Source: Treponema sp. (GTDB lineage Bacteria > Spirochaetota > Spirochaetia > Treponematales > Breznakiellaceae). From it: DNA of 54,349 bases. How positions within the stretch are numbered: the stretch's first letter is position 1; each line of letters opens with the position of its first letter. Below, in pieces: positions 8,183 through 17,207 of the stretch. Made by a program: the position numbers and the translations under genes. The notes under the pieces were generated by a model. It was given only the letters and a program-made list of their open reading frames with translations. It searched no databases and had not been told where the DNA came from. The stretch spans positions 1-54,349 of the forward strand of contig JAISQR010000388.1 of the NCBI GenBank assembly GCA_031274035.1, written 5' to 3'.

Positions 8183-10655
8183 TTATCTTGCCCCCCTCAA
8201 CGCCGAACAACGGGAAGCGGTACTTCATACAGGCCGATCCCTCCTCATCCTTGCGGGCGCAGGTTCCGGTAAGACGCGGGTGATTACTACCAAGATAGCT
8301 TACCTTATTAGAGAAAAGGGGGTGGATCCCAGGTCCATTCTGGCGGTAACTTTTACTAACAAGGCCGCACGGGAAATGGCCGATAGAGCCAGGCTGATTG
8401 ACGGCAGGGCGGGCTTTGCCATGCTGAGAACCTTTCATTCATTTGGGGCCTGGTTTCTGCGGCGTTACAGCGGCCTTGCCGGATTCAATTCCGGTTTTGT
8501 AATTTACGACGATAATGACGTTCTGTCCCTGGTTTCCGCAATCGTTCCCGATCTATCCAAGGCCGACGCCAGGCAGATGGCCTACGGTATCTCCCGTGCC
8601 AAAGACTACTTTATTTCGCCGCAAGACCCCGAGCTTGAGCTTATTGATTACCGGAAGCATTTCAGGGAAGTCTATACCCAATACGAGGAACGGCTTGCCC
8701 AAATAGGCAATGTAGACTTTGGCGATCTTATCAAGAAACCGGTTGAAATACTCCGCGGCAACCCCCAGCTTAAAGATCGTATCGCCGACCGTTTCCGGGT
8801 TATCATGGTAGATGAATACCAGGACGCCAATGTAGCCCAGTTTGAATTACTTAAAACACTGTGCGGCAGCGAAACCTATGTCTGCGTCGTGGGGGATGAT
8901 GATCAGTCAATCTACCGTTTCCGCGGCGCGGAAGTAAAGAATATTCTTGAATTCCCCGAGCGTTTTCCCGACGCTCAGGTGATACGCCTTGAGAGGAATT
9001 ACCGTTCGGTGCTGCCTATCCTCAAGCTGGCATCTTCGGTGGTCGATCATAACGATTCCAGGCTGGGTAAAAAACTTATCTCCGAAAGGGGGGCGGGCAA
9101 GACCCCGGTTCTGGCCTTCCTGCCCGGTCAGGACGAGGAGGCCGCTTTTTGCGCAAGCCTTATAGAAAAATCGGTGAGGGACCGGAAAGCGCGGTATGCG
9201 GATTGGGCCCTGCTCTACCGTACCAACGCCCAGTCGCTTGGTTTTGAGACGGAATTCCTGCGTAAGAGGATCCCCTACCGGGTGCTTGGCTCCCTCAAAT
9301 TCTATGAAAGGGAAGAGGTTAAGGACGCCCTGGCCCTGCTTGCCTTCATGGTGAACCCGCGGGACGAGATAGCGTTCCGCCGTATGGTGAACAAACCGGC
9401 CCGCGGCCTGGGCCCCGCGGCCGTAGATCGTTTGCTTACGGAAGCGGGCGTCTCCATCGCGCTTGATTCCGGCGAATTTTCCGGCAGTCCGGCTTTAAAT
9501 GGTAATATCGTAGATGCGGGCCGGCGTATCATGGAAAGTTTATCCGCCAAAGCTCAGGCCGGCCTCAAGGTATTTTTTACCGCCATAGAGAACGGCCTGT
9601 CGGTACTGGAACCAGAGGCCGCAGGCGGCCCGGCGGATGCCCTGGAGGCGGAAGACGCGGATTTTGAGGATAGGGCCGCTGATTATACTTCAGGGAACGA
9701 AGAAACCGCCGGAACTGTGACCGTTAAATCCGGCAAGGCTAAAACCGGTAAAACTGAGCCGGTTCAGGGGAAGCAGAACGGAAAGGCTTCCAGGAAAAAG
9801 GCGGCGGCAAAGAACAAGGCCGCGCTTGTAAGGGCGGGGCAGGGGCTTTCACTATGCGTCGCGCGTCTTATTGAGGATTCCGGCCTGGCCGGGTATCACG
9901 CATCCCATGACGAAATTACGGCGAATCAGCGTATAGGGAACCTTCAGGAACTGGTCAATGCCGCAAGCCTTTACCCCTTAACGATGAACGGCCTCCTGGA
10001 ATTCCTCGAACACATAGAACTGGATCGTTCCCTTGAAGAAACATCCGCCGCCGGGGAAACTGACGATGACCGGGTAAGCCTCATCACCTTGCACAATACC
10101 AAGGGCCTTGAATTCAGGCGGGTCATTATGACCGGCGTTGAGCAGGGGATTTTCCCCCGCGAGGACAAAAAAGGCGATGATCTTGAGGAGGAACGGCGGC
10201 TCTTCTATGTTGGGGCCACCCGCGCTATGGATGAACTGTACCTTGTTTCATGCGGTATGCGCCGTATGTACGGCAGTATTGAGCTTATGAACCCCAGCGT
10301 TTTTCTTACCGAAATCGATCCCTCCGCGCTGCGGGTCATAGGAGCGGCGCCCGCCGCGTTCAAAGCCCTACAGTCCAGGGACCCTGCAAAGCCCGCGCCC
10401 GTATCGTTCGGAAAAGACGCGGGCGCGGTTTACGGTAAAACCTCCGTAAAGCCTTCCAGGGTTAAGGTTTCTTCCGACGGGCGCTGGCAGGTAGGCGAGA
10501 GGATTTTCCATGACGATCACGGTTACGGCGCGGTTACCGATATACGCGAAACCGGCGGGGGCCCGGTGATCCATGTCCGTTTTGACACGGGCCATGATAT
10601 CCGGTTTCCCAGCGCGGACCAAAGTTCCCTTCTTGTAAAGATTAAGGAAGATTAA
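8160..10655 (+). CDS. pcrA: ATP-dependent DNA helicase PcrA/UvrD (superfamily 1A)
   Basis: LNAEQREAV..ILAGAGSGKTRVIT (motif I), TFTNKAAREM, VDEYQDAN, YRFRGA, LERNYRS, TLHNTKGLEF, LFYVGATRA. Contains a roughly 80-aa low-complexity insertion. Confidence 0.9.
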   Translation: MDSTALPDYLAPLNAEQREAVLHTGRSLLILAGAGSGKTRVITTKIAYLIREKGVDPRSILAVTFTNKAAREMADRARLIDGRAGFAMLRTFHSFGAWFLRRYSGLAGFNSGFVIYDDNDVLSLVSAIVPDLSKADARQMAYGISRAKDYFISPQDPELELIDYRKHFREVYTQYEERLAQIGNVDFGDLIKKPVEILRGNPQLKDRIADRFRVIMVDEYQDANVAQFELLKTLCGSETYVCVVGDDDQSIYRFRGAEVKNILEFPERFPDAQVIRLERNYRSVLPILKLASSVVDHNDSRLGKKLISERGAGKTPVLAFLPGQDEEAAFCASLIEKSVRDRKARYADWALLYRTNAQSLGFETEFLRKRIPYRVLGSLKFYEREEVKDALALLAFMVNPRDEIAFRRMVNKPARGLGPAAVDRLLTEAGVSIALDSGEFSGSPALNGNIVDAGRRIMESLSAKAQAGLKVFFTAIENGLSVLEPEAAGGPADALEAEDADFEDRAADYTSGNEETAGTVTVKSGKAKTGKTEPVQGKQNGKASRKKAAAKNKAALVRAGQGLSLCVARLIEDSGLAGYHASHDEITANQRIGNLQELVNAASLYPLTMNGLLEFLEHIELDRSLEETSAAGETDDDRVSLITLHNTKGLEFRRVIMTGVEQGIFPREDKKGDDLEEERRLFYVGATRAMDELYLVSCGMRRMYGSIELMNPSVFLTEIDPSALRVIGAAPAAFKALQSRDPAKPAPVSFGKDAGAVYGKTSVKPSRVKVSSDGRWQVGERIFHDDHGYGAVTDIRETGGGPVIHVRFDTGHDIRFPSADQSSLLVKIKED

Positions 10656-10656
10656 A

Positions 10657-11568
10657 ATGCACCCTTCATTTGGATCATTCGGAAACGGGGAACTTCTCCG
10701 GCAGATGCCGCCGGTATTGAGGGCGCGCGGTTTTAGGCTTTACCTCCAGGGAACAAGCCTTGAGGCGGACGCGGGCGGGAAGACGCGCCTTAAAAGCAAC
10801 CGTCTTGTGGATCTGTGGCAGTGCGGCGGCGAAGCTATACTTGGGCATACCCCTTCCCAAGTTCTCCGCGAACTGAAAAATACCGCGGAACGGGGGCTTT
10901 TTGCACCCTTTCCGCATCCCCAGGAAAAGCGTCTTGCAAAGGCCCTCTCCGTCCTGCTTCCCGGCAGGGCCTTCCGCTTCTATACGGATGAATTCTCGCT
11001 TAGAAACGCTCTCCTCAAGGCTGGTTATCAGCGCCAAGCTGAGGCGCCCTTTCCCGATCCCGCCCTTGCCCCCCTTCCCCCCGGCGGGGGTACGGTACTG
11101 TCTCTCTGGCGGCCCTTTCTCTGGGAGACGCATCCCGGAAACATGCCCCCCCTGCTGGTTCCTGTTCTGCCCTGGCCCCATACATCCAAGGTTCTCGCGC
11201 TGGAAAGCGGCCTGGAAAGCGCCTTTCCCCCTTCACCGCTCATTTCCCCTGTTATCCTTGCCGCCCTTACCCGAAGCGTTTATGACCTTGCCGCCGCTCA
11301 GGACCGGGGCAAACTCAATTACCGGCGTATAACCGAAAGCATCTCCCGCGGCAATTGGCGGCGGCGGGGTATCTATTGCATATATACCGGCAATTTGACG
11401 GATGAAGGCCATGCCCTGCTCTTCCGCCGTTTCCTTGAGGAAGGCTTCCTCCTTCCCCCCGTGAAGGATCAGCCCCTCATACTGCCTTCCGGCCTTTCCA
11501 CAGGCGAGGAAGTTCAGCTTGCGGAGCTTCTGTCCCGCAAATTGACGCGGGAAACAGAAAACGGCTAA
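10657..11568 (+). CDS. Truncated aminotransferase class-III (HemL-like) homologue, probably non-catalytic
   Basis: 303 aa. The N-terminal block RLVDLWQCGGEAILGHTPSQVLRELKNTAERGLFAPFPHPQEKRLAKAL..FRFYTDEFSLRNAL and the C-terminal block FRRFLEEGFLLPP..LILPSGLSTGEE resemble the ends of glutamate-1-semialdehyde aminomutase. The central part is missing. The ATG lies 1 nt after the pcrA stop. Confidence 0.45.
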   Translation: MHPSFGSFGNGELLRQMPPVLRARGFRLYLQGTSLEADAGGKTRLKSNRLVDLWQCGGEAILGHTPSQVLRELKNTAERGLFAPFPHPQEKRLAKALSVLLPGRAFRFYTDEFSLRNALLKAGYQRQAEAPFPDPALAPLPPGGGTVLSLWRPFLWETHPGNMPPLLVPVLPWPHTSKVLALESGLESAFPPSPLISPVILAALTRSVYDLAAAQDRGKLNYRRITESISRGNWRRRGIYCIYTGNLTDEGHALLFRRFLEEGFLLPPVKDQPLILPSGLSTGEEVQLAELLSRKLTRETENG

Positions 11569-11688
11569 AACCCAGCGCCTTGTTTTGGCTAAAAACAGGG
11601 AAAAACCGCAAAGATTAGTCTAAACTCTCTCCCGCGCAAGCGGGTTCTTCCATAAATGACGAACCCCGCCGCAGAGCGCGAACCTTCC

Positions 11689-11740
11689 GTTCTACGTTAG
11701 CGGGCTCGTGGGTATTAGACCCCCTTCGAATAAGCCCTTT
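11689..11740 (+). repeat. Interspersed repeat, family C, copy C1
   Basis: GTTCTACGTTAGCGGGCTCGTGGGTATTAGACCC..TTCGAATAAGCC aligns with 52931-52978. Confidence 0.7.
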
Positions 11741-11783
11741 AGAGCGAAAGAAGCGGAACGCGCTTTGTTAAAAGCGCTTGAAA

Positions 11784-11826
11784 GCAGAGGATTTCCCAAA
11801 AACTGAATTTTTGGGAAATCCTCTGC
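11784..11826. terminator. 19-bp perfect-stem hairpin, likely a bidirectional terminator between convergent genes
   Basis: GCAGAGGATTTCCCAAAAA-ctga-(A)TTTTTGGGAAATCCTCTGC, between the 10657-11568 gene (+) and the 11855-12874 gene (-). Confidence 0.75.
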
Positions 11827-11854
11827 ATATATGAAAAATCGTATATCTGCGCGG

Positions 11855-12874
11855 TTACGAATTCGCGGCGCCCAGTTTTTTATAGTATCCGCGCAGGTCT
11901 TCCTGCCGCTTTATACACCGATAGTACCTCCCAGGCCCCGCTTCCCGCTCCCCTACCGTCTCCTTCCGGCAGCGCTCCTCCGTGTACGGACAGCGCTCCG
12001 CAAACCGGCAGCCCTCCTGCTTCAGTTTCAGATTGGGAGGCGCCCCTGGTATCGCCTGCAATACATGTCCCCGCGTCCCCTCCTCCGGCACTATTATCGA
12101 ATTCATCAATCCCTTCGAGTACGGCATCACCGGATCAAATACCATCTCCCGCGCGGTACCCTTCTCCACTATCTCTCCCGCGTACATCACCATGATATCA
12201 TCCGTTACATTGAACAGCAACGGTAACTCATGCGTGATAAACAGTATAGCCCGCACAAATCCCTTCTCCATCAGGTCGTGCAGCAGCTTGATCACTATCT
12301 TCTGCGACGACACATCCAGCGCCGACGAAGGCTCGTCCGCTATCAGCACCTTGGGGCTCAGTATCGTCGATATGGCTATCACCGTCCGCTGCTTCATCCC
12401 GCCTGATAACTCCACCGCGTACTGATCCAGCACCTTCCCCGGCAGGTTCAATATTTCAAACCGCTCCCGCGCCAGTTCCCGTATCTCCTTCTTCGAAAGA
12501 CCCGTCCCGTGCGCGTTCAGTACATCCTCCACAAACCGGATGATCTTCCGCGTCGGGTTCAGCGCGTTCATCGCGGCCTGCGGGATATACGCTATCTCCG
12601 TTCCCAGTACCGTCGTCCGTATCGTATCGGGGTTTAACGATGTTATCTCCTTCCCGTCTATGATGATACTCCCCGATTCATAGAACAGCGGCGGAAAGTA
12701 ATACCCCATCACACTCATCGCCAGCGTACTCTTCCCGCAGCCCGACTCCCCCGCTATCCCCAGGGACTTTCCATCCTCAAGGCTGAAAGAAACATTATCG
12801 ACCGAGCAGACCCGTTCGTTCATACGGGTCTTGTAATAGGTAACAAGGTTCTTTACTTCCAGCATGGTTGCCAT
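11855..12874 (-). CDS. ABC transporter ATP-binding protein, OppD/DppD type
   Basis: Walker A GESGCGKS, signature LSGGMKQR, Walker [12 protein letters not shown], and an oligopeptide-type C-terminal Cys-rich extension (CRFAERCPY). Confidence 0.85.
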   Translation of the reverse strand: MATMLEVKNLVTYYKTRMNERVCSVDNVSFSLEDGKSLGIAGESGCGKSTLAMSVMGYYFPPLFYESGSIIIDGKEITSLNPDTIRTTVLGTEIAYIPQAAMNALNPTRKIIRFVEDVLNAHGTGLSKKEIRELARERFEILNLPGKVLDQYAVELSGGMKQRTVIAISTILSPKVLIADEPSSALDVSSQKIVIKLLHDLMEKGFVRAILFITHELPLLFNVTDDIMVMYAGEIVEKGTAREMVFDPVMPYSKGLMNSIIVPEEGTRGHVLQAIPGAPPNLKLKQEGCRFAERCPYTEERCRKETVGEREAGPGRYYRCIKRQEDLRGYYKKLGAANS

Positions 12875-12944
12875 GTTTAACTCCTACTTTAGAACGGCGG
12901 GATCACCGCTCATTTCAATCGAATATGAATGTGTAACATTCATA

Positions 12945-13907
12945 TTAGCTTCTTAACTGGGGGTTAAATACCTGATCCAGTCCTGAATTGATAAGATTAA
13001 GAGAAAAGGAAACGAGGGCGATCACCAAAACCACCGGAAGGAACGCCCACCAAAAGCCCTTGGCCAAAGCGCCGAAATCCATTGCCCAGTGCATCATAAG
13101 CCCCAAACTTGCCACATGGCCTTGAGGTCCCAGTCCCAGCATAGAAAGGCTCGCCTCCGCCAGTATCCCCGACGCCACCTGAAGGATAAAAGCCATCATC
13201 ACATAAGAAGCCACATAGGGAAGAATATCCCCCATAATTATCCGCGGCATACTATGGCCAGACAGCTTGGAAAGGTTTACATGATCGCGGTTCCGCAGGC
13301 TGCTGGTCTGGGCGCGTACCGACCGCGCGGTCCAGGGCCAGGCGGTTATACCTATAACCAAGGCGGTGGTAATAAAATTACGGGACCTCATACTCACCGA
13401 AATAAGTACAAGGATAACAAAGGAGGGTATGACAATAAAGATATTGGTAATTGTGGTGATAAGGTTATCGATCTGGCCCCCGACATAACCGGCCAGAAGG
13501 CCCAGGGTAAGCCCAATCAGGGTGGCAAGGATACCCGCTATAAGGCCGATTAAAAGGCTGGTACGGGTGCCGGCCACAAGTTCCGCAAGCACGTCCCTGC
13601 CGAAATTATCGGTGCCCAGAACATGAAGCGCCTTGGGCGCTTCCTTCTCTATGGCGGTTAGACCGAATTGGGCCAGAATATCGTCCATCTCCGTGTTTTG
13701 TTCAACAGGGGCCGCCTCTTCGCCTTCCTTATCCTTGATAAGATACTCGTGCAGGTTGGGCGCTTCAAAGGCAACCCCCGCCATCTCCAGCGGGTCCGTA
13801 TGGTTAAAAACAGGAAAAAAAACAACGAAAAGTAAAATAAGGCTGATAGTAACAAAGCCGAAGCGGAATTTTCCAGACTTAAACGCGGTTTTAAATATAT
13901 AGCCCAT
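12945..13907 (-). CDS. ABC transporter permease, OppC/DppC type
   Basis: [11 protein letters not shown] motif and a BPD-type permease core. Directly abuts the 13908 gene. Confidence 0.85.
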   Translation of the reverse strand: MGYIFKTAFKSGKFRFGFVTISLILLFVVFFPVFNHTDPLEMAGVAFEAPNLHEYLIKDKEGEEAAPVEQNTEMDDILAQFGLTAIEKEAPKALHVLGTDNFGRDVLAELVAGTRTSLLIGLIAGILATLIGLTLGLLAGYVGGQIDNLITTITNIFIVIPSFVILVLISVSMRSRNFITTALVIGITAWPWTARSVRAQTSSLRNRDHVNLSKLSGHSMPRIIMGDILPYVASYVMMAFILQVASGILAEASLSMLGLGPQGHVASLGLMMHWAMDFGALAKGFWWAFLPVVLVIALVSFSLNLINSGLDQVFNPQLRS

Positions 13908-14945
13908 TTACGCCTCCTCCTGCTGGTTAAGCCTAATCCGGGGATCAACAAGGCCGCACAGAACATCCACCAGGAAATTAGCCGCCAGCACGGTAAGCGT
14001 GATTATCAGCGTACAGCCCGAAATAAGCGGGAAATCCTGGGAACTGATGGCGGTAAACAGGGTAGTACCAATGCCGGGGTAGCTGAATATAATTTCTGCA
14101 ATCAGGTTGCCGCCTATCATGGTACCCAGAGAAAGGGCAAGACCGGTGATCTGGGGAAGCATTGCGTTGCGGAACACATACCACACTATTTTGGAATCTT
14201 TAATACCCAAAAGCCGGCTGTATTTAACATAATCAGCGTTAAGCTCGTAAATAGACATTTCCCGCATACCCAAGGACTGTCCCCCGATGGCGACCAACAC
14301 CATGGTAAGGAAAGGCAGCCGGTAATGATTTAGAAAGGATAACACAAAAGTTATGTTGGTCCAGGGATTAACATTGGGATCATTCCAGTTAATCGCTATA
14401 TTAAACCCATACCCCAAACCGCCCGGAAAAAGATTGAGAATATTCGCAAGAAAATGCACATTCACTATCGCCAGGCCGAAGGCGGGAATCGCCGCTATAA
14501 AAAGGAAAAACGGAAAAAACACCTTATCAAATATACCCTTCCGGTACGCAGCCAGCGCCCCCAGTGTATTACCAAGGAGCCAGCCTACAATGATGGCCGG
14601 AATCTGGAGCCTGAGAGTCCAAGGAATCGAAGCCGCGATAATACTCGAAACGCCGCGGGGATACTGGGTATAGGAGACCCCCATCTTCCCCTGAAACAAA
14701 TTGCCGATATATATGAAAAATTGCTGCCAAACAGGTTTATCAAGACCAAATTCGGTCATATAATCATCATATATCTGTTTTATAGCCGAAGCGTCGGTCA
14801 ACCCCCCGGTAGATTGAGAGACAATAAAGGCGACAGGATTTCCGGGAATAAGCCGCGGAAGCAAAAAATTAAGCAGTACCGCTACAATAAGCGCAACAAG
14901 ATACCACATAAATTTCTTGCCCAGGTATTTTTGATAAGTATTCAA
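13908..14945 (-). CDS. ABC transporter permease, OppB/DppB type
   Basis: N-terminus YLGKKFMWYLVALIV..LPRLIPGNP, C-terminus VDPRIR. Confidence 0.85.
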   Translation of the reverse strand: MNTYQKYLGKKFMWYLVALIVAVLLNFLLPRLIPGNPVAFIVSQSTGGLTDASAIKQIYDDYMTEFGLDKPVWQQFFIYIGNLFQGKMGVSYTQYPRGVSSIIAASIPWTLRLQIPAIIVGWLLGNTLGALAAYRKGIFDKVFFPFFLFIAAIPAFGLAIVNVHFLANILNLFPGGLGYGFNIAINWNDPNVNPWTNITFVLSFLNHYRLPFLTMVLVAIGGQSLGMREMSIYELNADYVKYSRLLGIKDSKIVWYVFRNAMLPQITGLALSLGTMIGGNLIAEIIFSYPGIGTTLFTAISSQDFPLISGCTLIITLTVLAANFLVDVLCGLVDPRIRLNQQEEA

Positions 14946-14993
14946 TTCAATACCTCGCTATAGTGTTTTAAAAATTAAGGTTGCTATTAAAAA

Positions 14994-15138
14994 GGGGGGC
15001 ATGTTTCCAGGCAGTCTCTGGATATAGACACCATAACTCTCATGCCCCCCTCGCTTCAAACGCGCTGTGCGCGTTTTCCGCTGCCCCCTCAATTTAAAAT
15101 TGCCTTACACTAAAAAGGGCGGCTGATGTCCGCCGCCC
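14994..15138 (-). promoter_or_regulatory. Cluster of GC-rich hairpins in the binding-protein/permease intercistronic spacer
   Basis: GGGGGGCATG(14994-15003)/CATGCCCCCC(15041-15050); AAACGCGC-tgt-GCGCGTTT (15058-15076); GGGCGGC-tgatgtcc-GCCGCCC (15118-15138). Confidence 0.6.
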
Positions 15139-15182
15139 CGCTAAATTTTTAGGATTTGAAAAAGCTCAAGGCTTTTTCAACA

Positions 15183-15276
15183 GTACTAGGAGCCCTGTTA
15201 ATCGGAATTTTTGCATAAAGGTGTGCCGCAGGCACACTGAGCAAAAATTCACCAAAGTCCCACAGGCTCCTAGTAC
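15183..15276 (+). repeat. Family A repeat, copy A3, with perfect 12-bp terminal inverted repeats (MITE-like)
   Basis: GTACTAGGAGCC (15183-15194) ... GGCTCCTAGTAC (15265-15276). The core is identical to A1 except that the second hairpin is deleted. It ends 1 nt from the stop codon of the binding-protein gene. Confidence 0.85.
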
Positions 15277-15277
15277 A

Positions 15278-17065
15278 CTATCTTGCTTTAAGGTTATAAA
15301 GCCCTTTGATTCCATAACCATCCGTACAGAGGGTAGGCGGAATATTACTGCCGTCGTTGATCTTGGGGAAGCCGCTCCACTGGGTGGTATTAACGGTATG
15401 GAAGCGCAGGGGCCGGTACATAAGCCCCGCGGCAGGCATATTCTGTAGGTAGAGGATGTTAAGCCTGGTCCAAAGCTGTTTAAGCGTCGCGGCATTCGTC
15501 TCGGCGGCAATCCTTGCAAGGAGATCGTTTGCCTCGGCATTTTCCCAGCGCCCCCAGTTCTGAATCTGGTTCGGTACGCCTTCGGCTGGCATATCCGAAC
15601 TGCCTATGGCCTGATACGCACGGTTCCAGGGGGACGCGGGACCGGGTCCGCCGTAGCTATGCATAATCATATCGAAAGTGCCGTTATCCTTATCGCTCTG
15701 CCAGACTGTCTGCATGGGGAAGTAGGTCCTTATATCAATACCTATCTCTTTACCGGCCTGGGCAACTACTTCCAGGGTTGCGTTCCAGTCGGACCAGCCG
15801 GTAGGACATTCCACCTGGAAGGAAAGCTTCACCCCGCCCTTGGCTCTGATGCCGTCCGATCCCTTAACCCAGCCCGCGTCATCAAGCAGTTTAATTGCGG
15901 CTTGTCTGGCCTCGGCAAGATTCCCGCTCCACTGGTAGGGCTTTAAGGCGTCGGCGTCAATAAGGGCCTGTTCAGCGGGAACCGGCAGCATAAGAGACGG
16001 GACCAGCTTGGCGGTGTACCCGCTCATGGCGTTCTGACCGACCGTATCATAGTCTACGGCCATGGCAATGGCCCTGCGGACCGCGGGATCGTTCAACCCT
16101 GGCTTCTTGCTGTTAAAGACCAGGAAGGGAATAGTACCGGGGAAGTAATAGGGCGCCTGGGGAATATAGGTTTCTACCCTGGCGCCGGTTTGCCACATAC
16201 GCCACACCTGGGATATGTACTGCTGGGACATATCCACTTCACCGGCGCGGAAAGCCGCGTCGCCGGATGCGTTATCCTTGAACACATTGTGTACTATATA
16301 TTTTGGCGGGGGCAGCTTACCGAATTTAGGGGAATCCTTACCCCAGTAGGTATCGACCCGCTGGAGCACGCACTTGGTTTCGTCCCACAGCAGGGGCTTG
16401 TAGGGGCCGGTGCCAATAGGGTTAAGGTTTGCGTACCGCGCGACGGCCATAGGATCCGTCCCGACTTCGCGGACTATCCTGTCCCATTCATGTTTGGGGG
16501 TAATATAGAGGGCCGCAAGGGTTGTTTCAATGTACAGGCGGTTAAAATTCTGCGGATTCCCCCTGATCAGAACCGTATAATTATCAACCGCAGTAACGCT
16601 TTCAATGTATGACCAGTACGAGGAATACGCGGTCTGATAATTCTTGTGAAGCGTGTAGGAATTCACCACATCCGCGGCCGTCATGGGCGTACCGTCGCTG
16701 AACTTTATATTCCTGTCAAGCGTTACCGTAAGGTTCTGCCCGCTCCAGGTATAGGTATCGGCCAAATGAGGATAGAGTTTCCCGTCCAAAAGATTGTAGA
16801 GAAACAGAGTTTCGTATATAAGCTGCCGCGCGGCCGATTCATTGGGGGTAATACCGAACTGAACGCCGCTTGATACAAACGGGTTAAATTGGGTAACGGC
16901 GCCCCAAAGAATACCGTTCATGTAAAAGGTTTCGTTTCGGGGTAGCGTCCCCCCCCCCCCCCCAGACGCCGCTGCGCCGGACTGGGCGTTTCCTTCGGCA
17001 AACACAACACCGGCGGCAACTGCCGTGATAAATACCGCAGATACCAAGACTTTAGTCAACTTCAT
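15278..17065 (-). CDS. ABC transporter substrate-binding protein, family 5 (peptide/nickel type)
   Basis: The ORF track starts at 17212, but that extension translates hairpin repeats. The ATG at 17065 is preceded by GGAGGAAAGAA and gives the signal peptide MKLTKVLVSAVFITAVAAGVVFA. The length and overall sequence fit SBP family 5. Confidence 0.85.
   Translation of the reverse strand: MKLTKVLVSAVFITAVAAGVVFAEGNAQSGAAASGGGGGTLPRNETFYMNGILWGAVTQFNPFVSSGVQFGITPNESAARQLIYETLFLYNLLDGKLYPHLADTYTWSGQNLTVTLDRNIKFSDGTPMTAADVVNSYTLHKNYQTAYSSYWSYIESVTAVDNYTVLIRGNPQNFNRLYIETTLAALYITPKHEWDRIVREVGTDPMAVARYANLNPIGTGPYKPLLWDETKCVLQRVDTYWGKDSPKFGKLPPPKYIVHNVFKDNASGDAAFRAGEVDMSQQYISQVWRMWQTGARVETYIPQAPYYFPGTIPFLVFNSKKPGLNDPAVRRAIAMAVDYDTVGQNAMSGYTAKLVPSLMLPVPAEQALIDADALKPYQWSGNLAEARQAAIKLLDDAGWVKGSDGIRAKGGVKLSFQVECPTGWSDWNATLEVVAQAGKEIGIDIRTYFPMQTVWQSDKDNGTFDMIMHSYGGPGPASPWNRAYQAIGSSDMPAEGVPNQIQNWGRWENAEANDLLARIAAETNAATLKQLWTRLNILYLQNMPAAGLMYRPLRFHTVNTTQWSGFPKINDGSNIPPTLCTDGYGIKGLYNLKAR
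16949..16963 (-). repeat. Homopolymer: 15 consecutive G on the coding strand, inside the binding-protein ORF
   Basis: Counted directly (C15 on the + strand). It encodes GGGGG in ..AAASGGGGGTLPR.. just after the signal peptide. Confidence 0.9.
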
Positions 17066-17092
17066 TTCTTTCCTCCGCAAATTAAATAATCT

Positions 17093-17207
17093 GAGCCGGT
17101 TCCAAAATTGGTTATTTTGCCCCCGGCTCTTACAGTTTCCCGGCCTACGGCCTGCGAAACTGCGGCTTTTAAGGTTGCGGTTCCAAAATTTGACATTTTG
17201 GAACCGC
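17093..17207. repeat. Two family-D hairpins in the 307-nt spacer between the ATPase and binding-protein genes
   Basis: GAGCCGGTTCCAAAAT..ATTTTGCCCCCGGCTC (17093-17129) and GCGGTTCCAAAAT-ttgac-ATTTTGGAACCGC (17177-17207, a 13-bp perfect stem). Confidence 0.8.
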
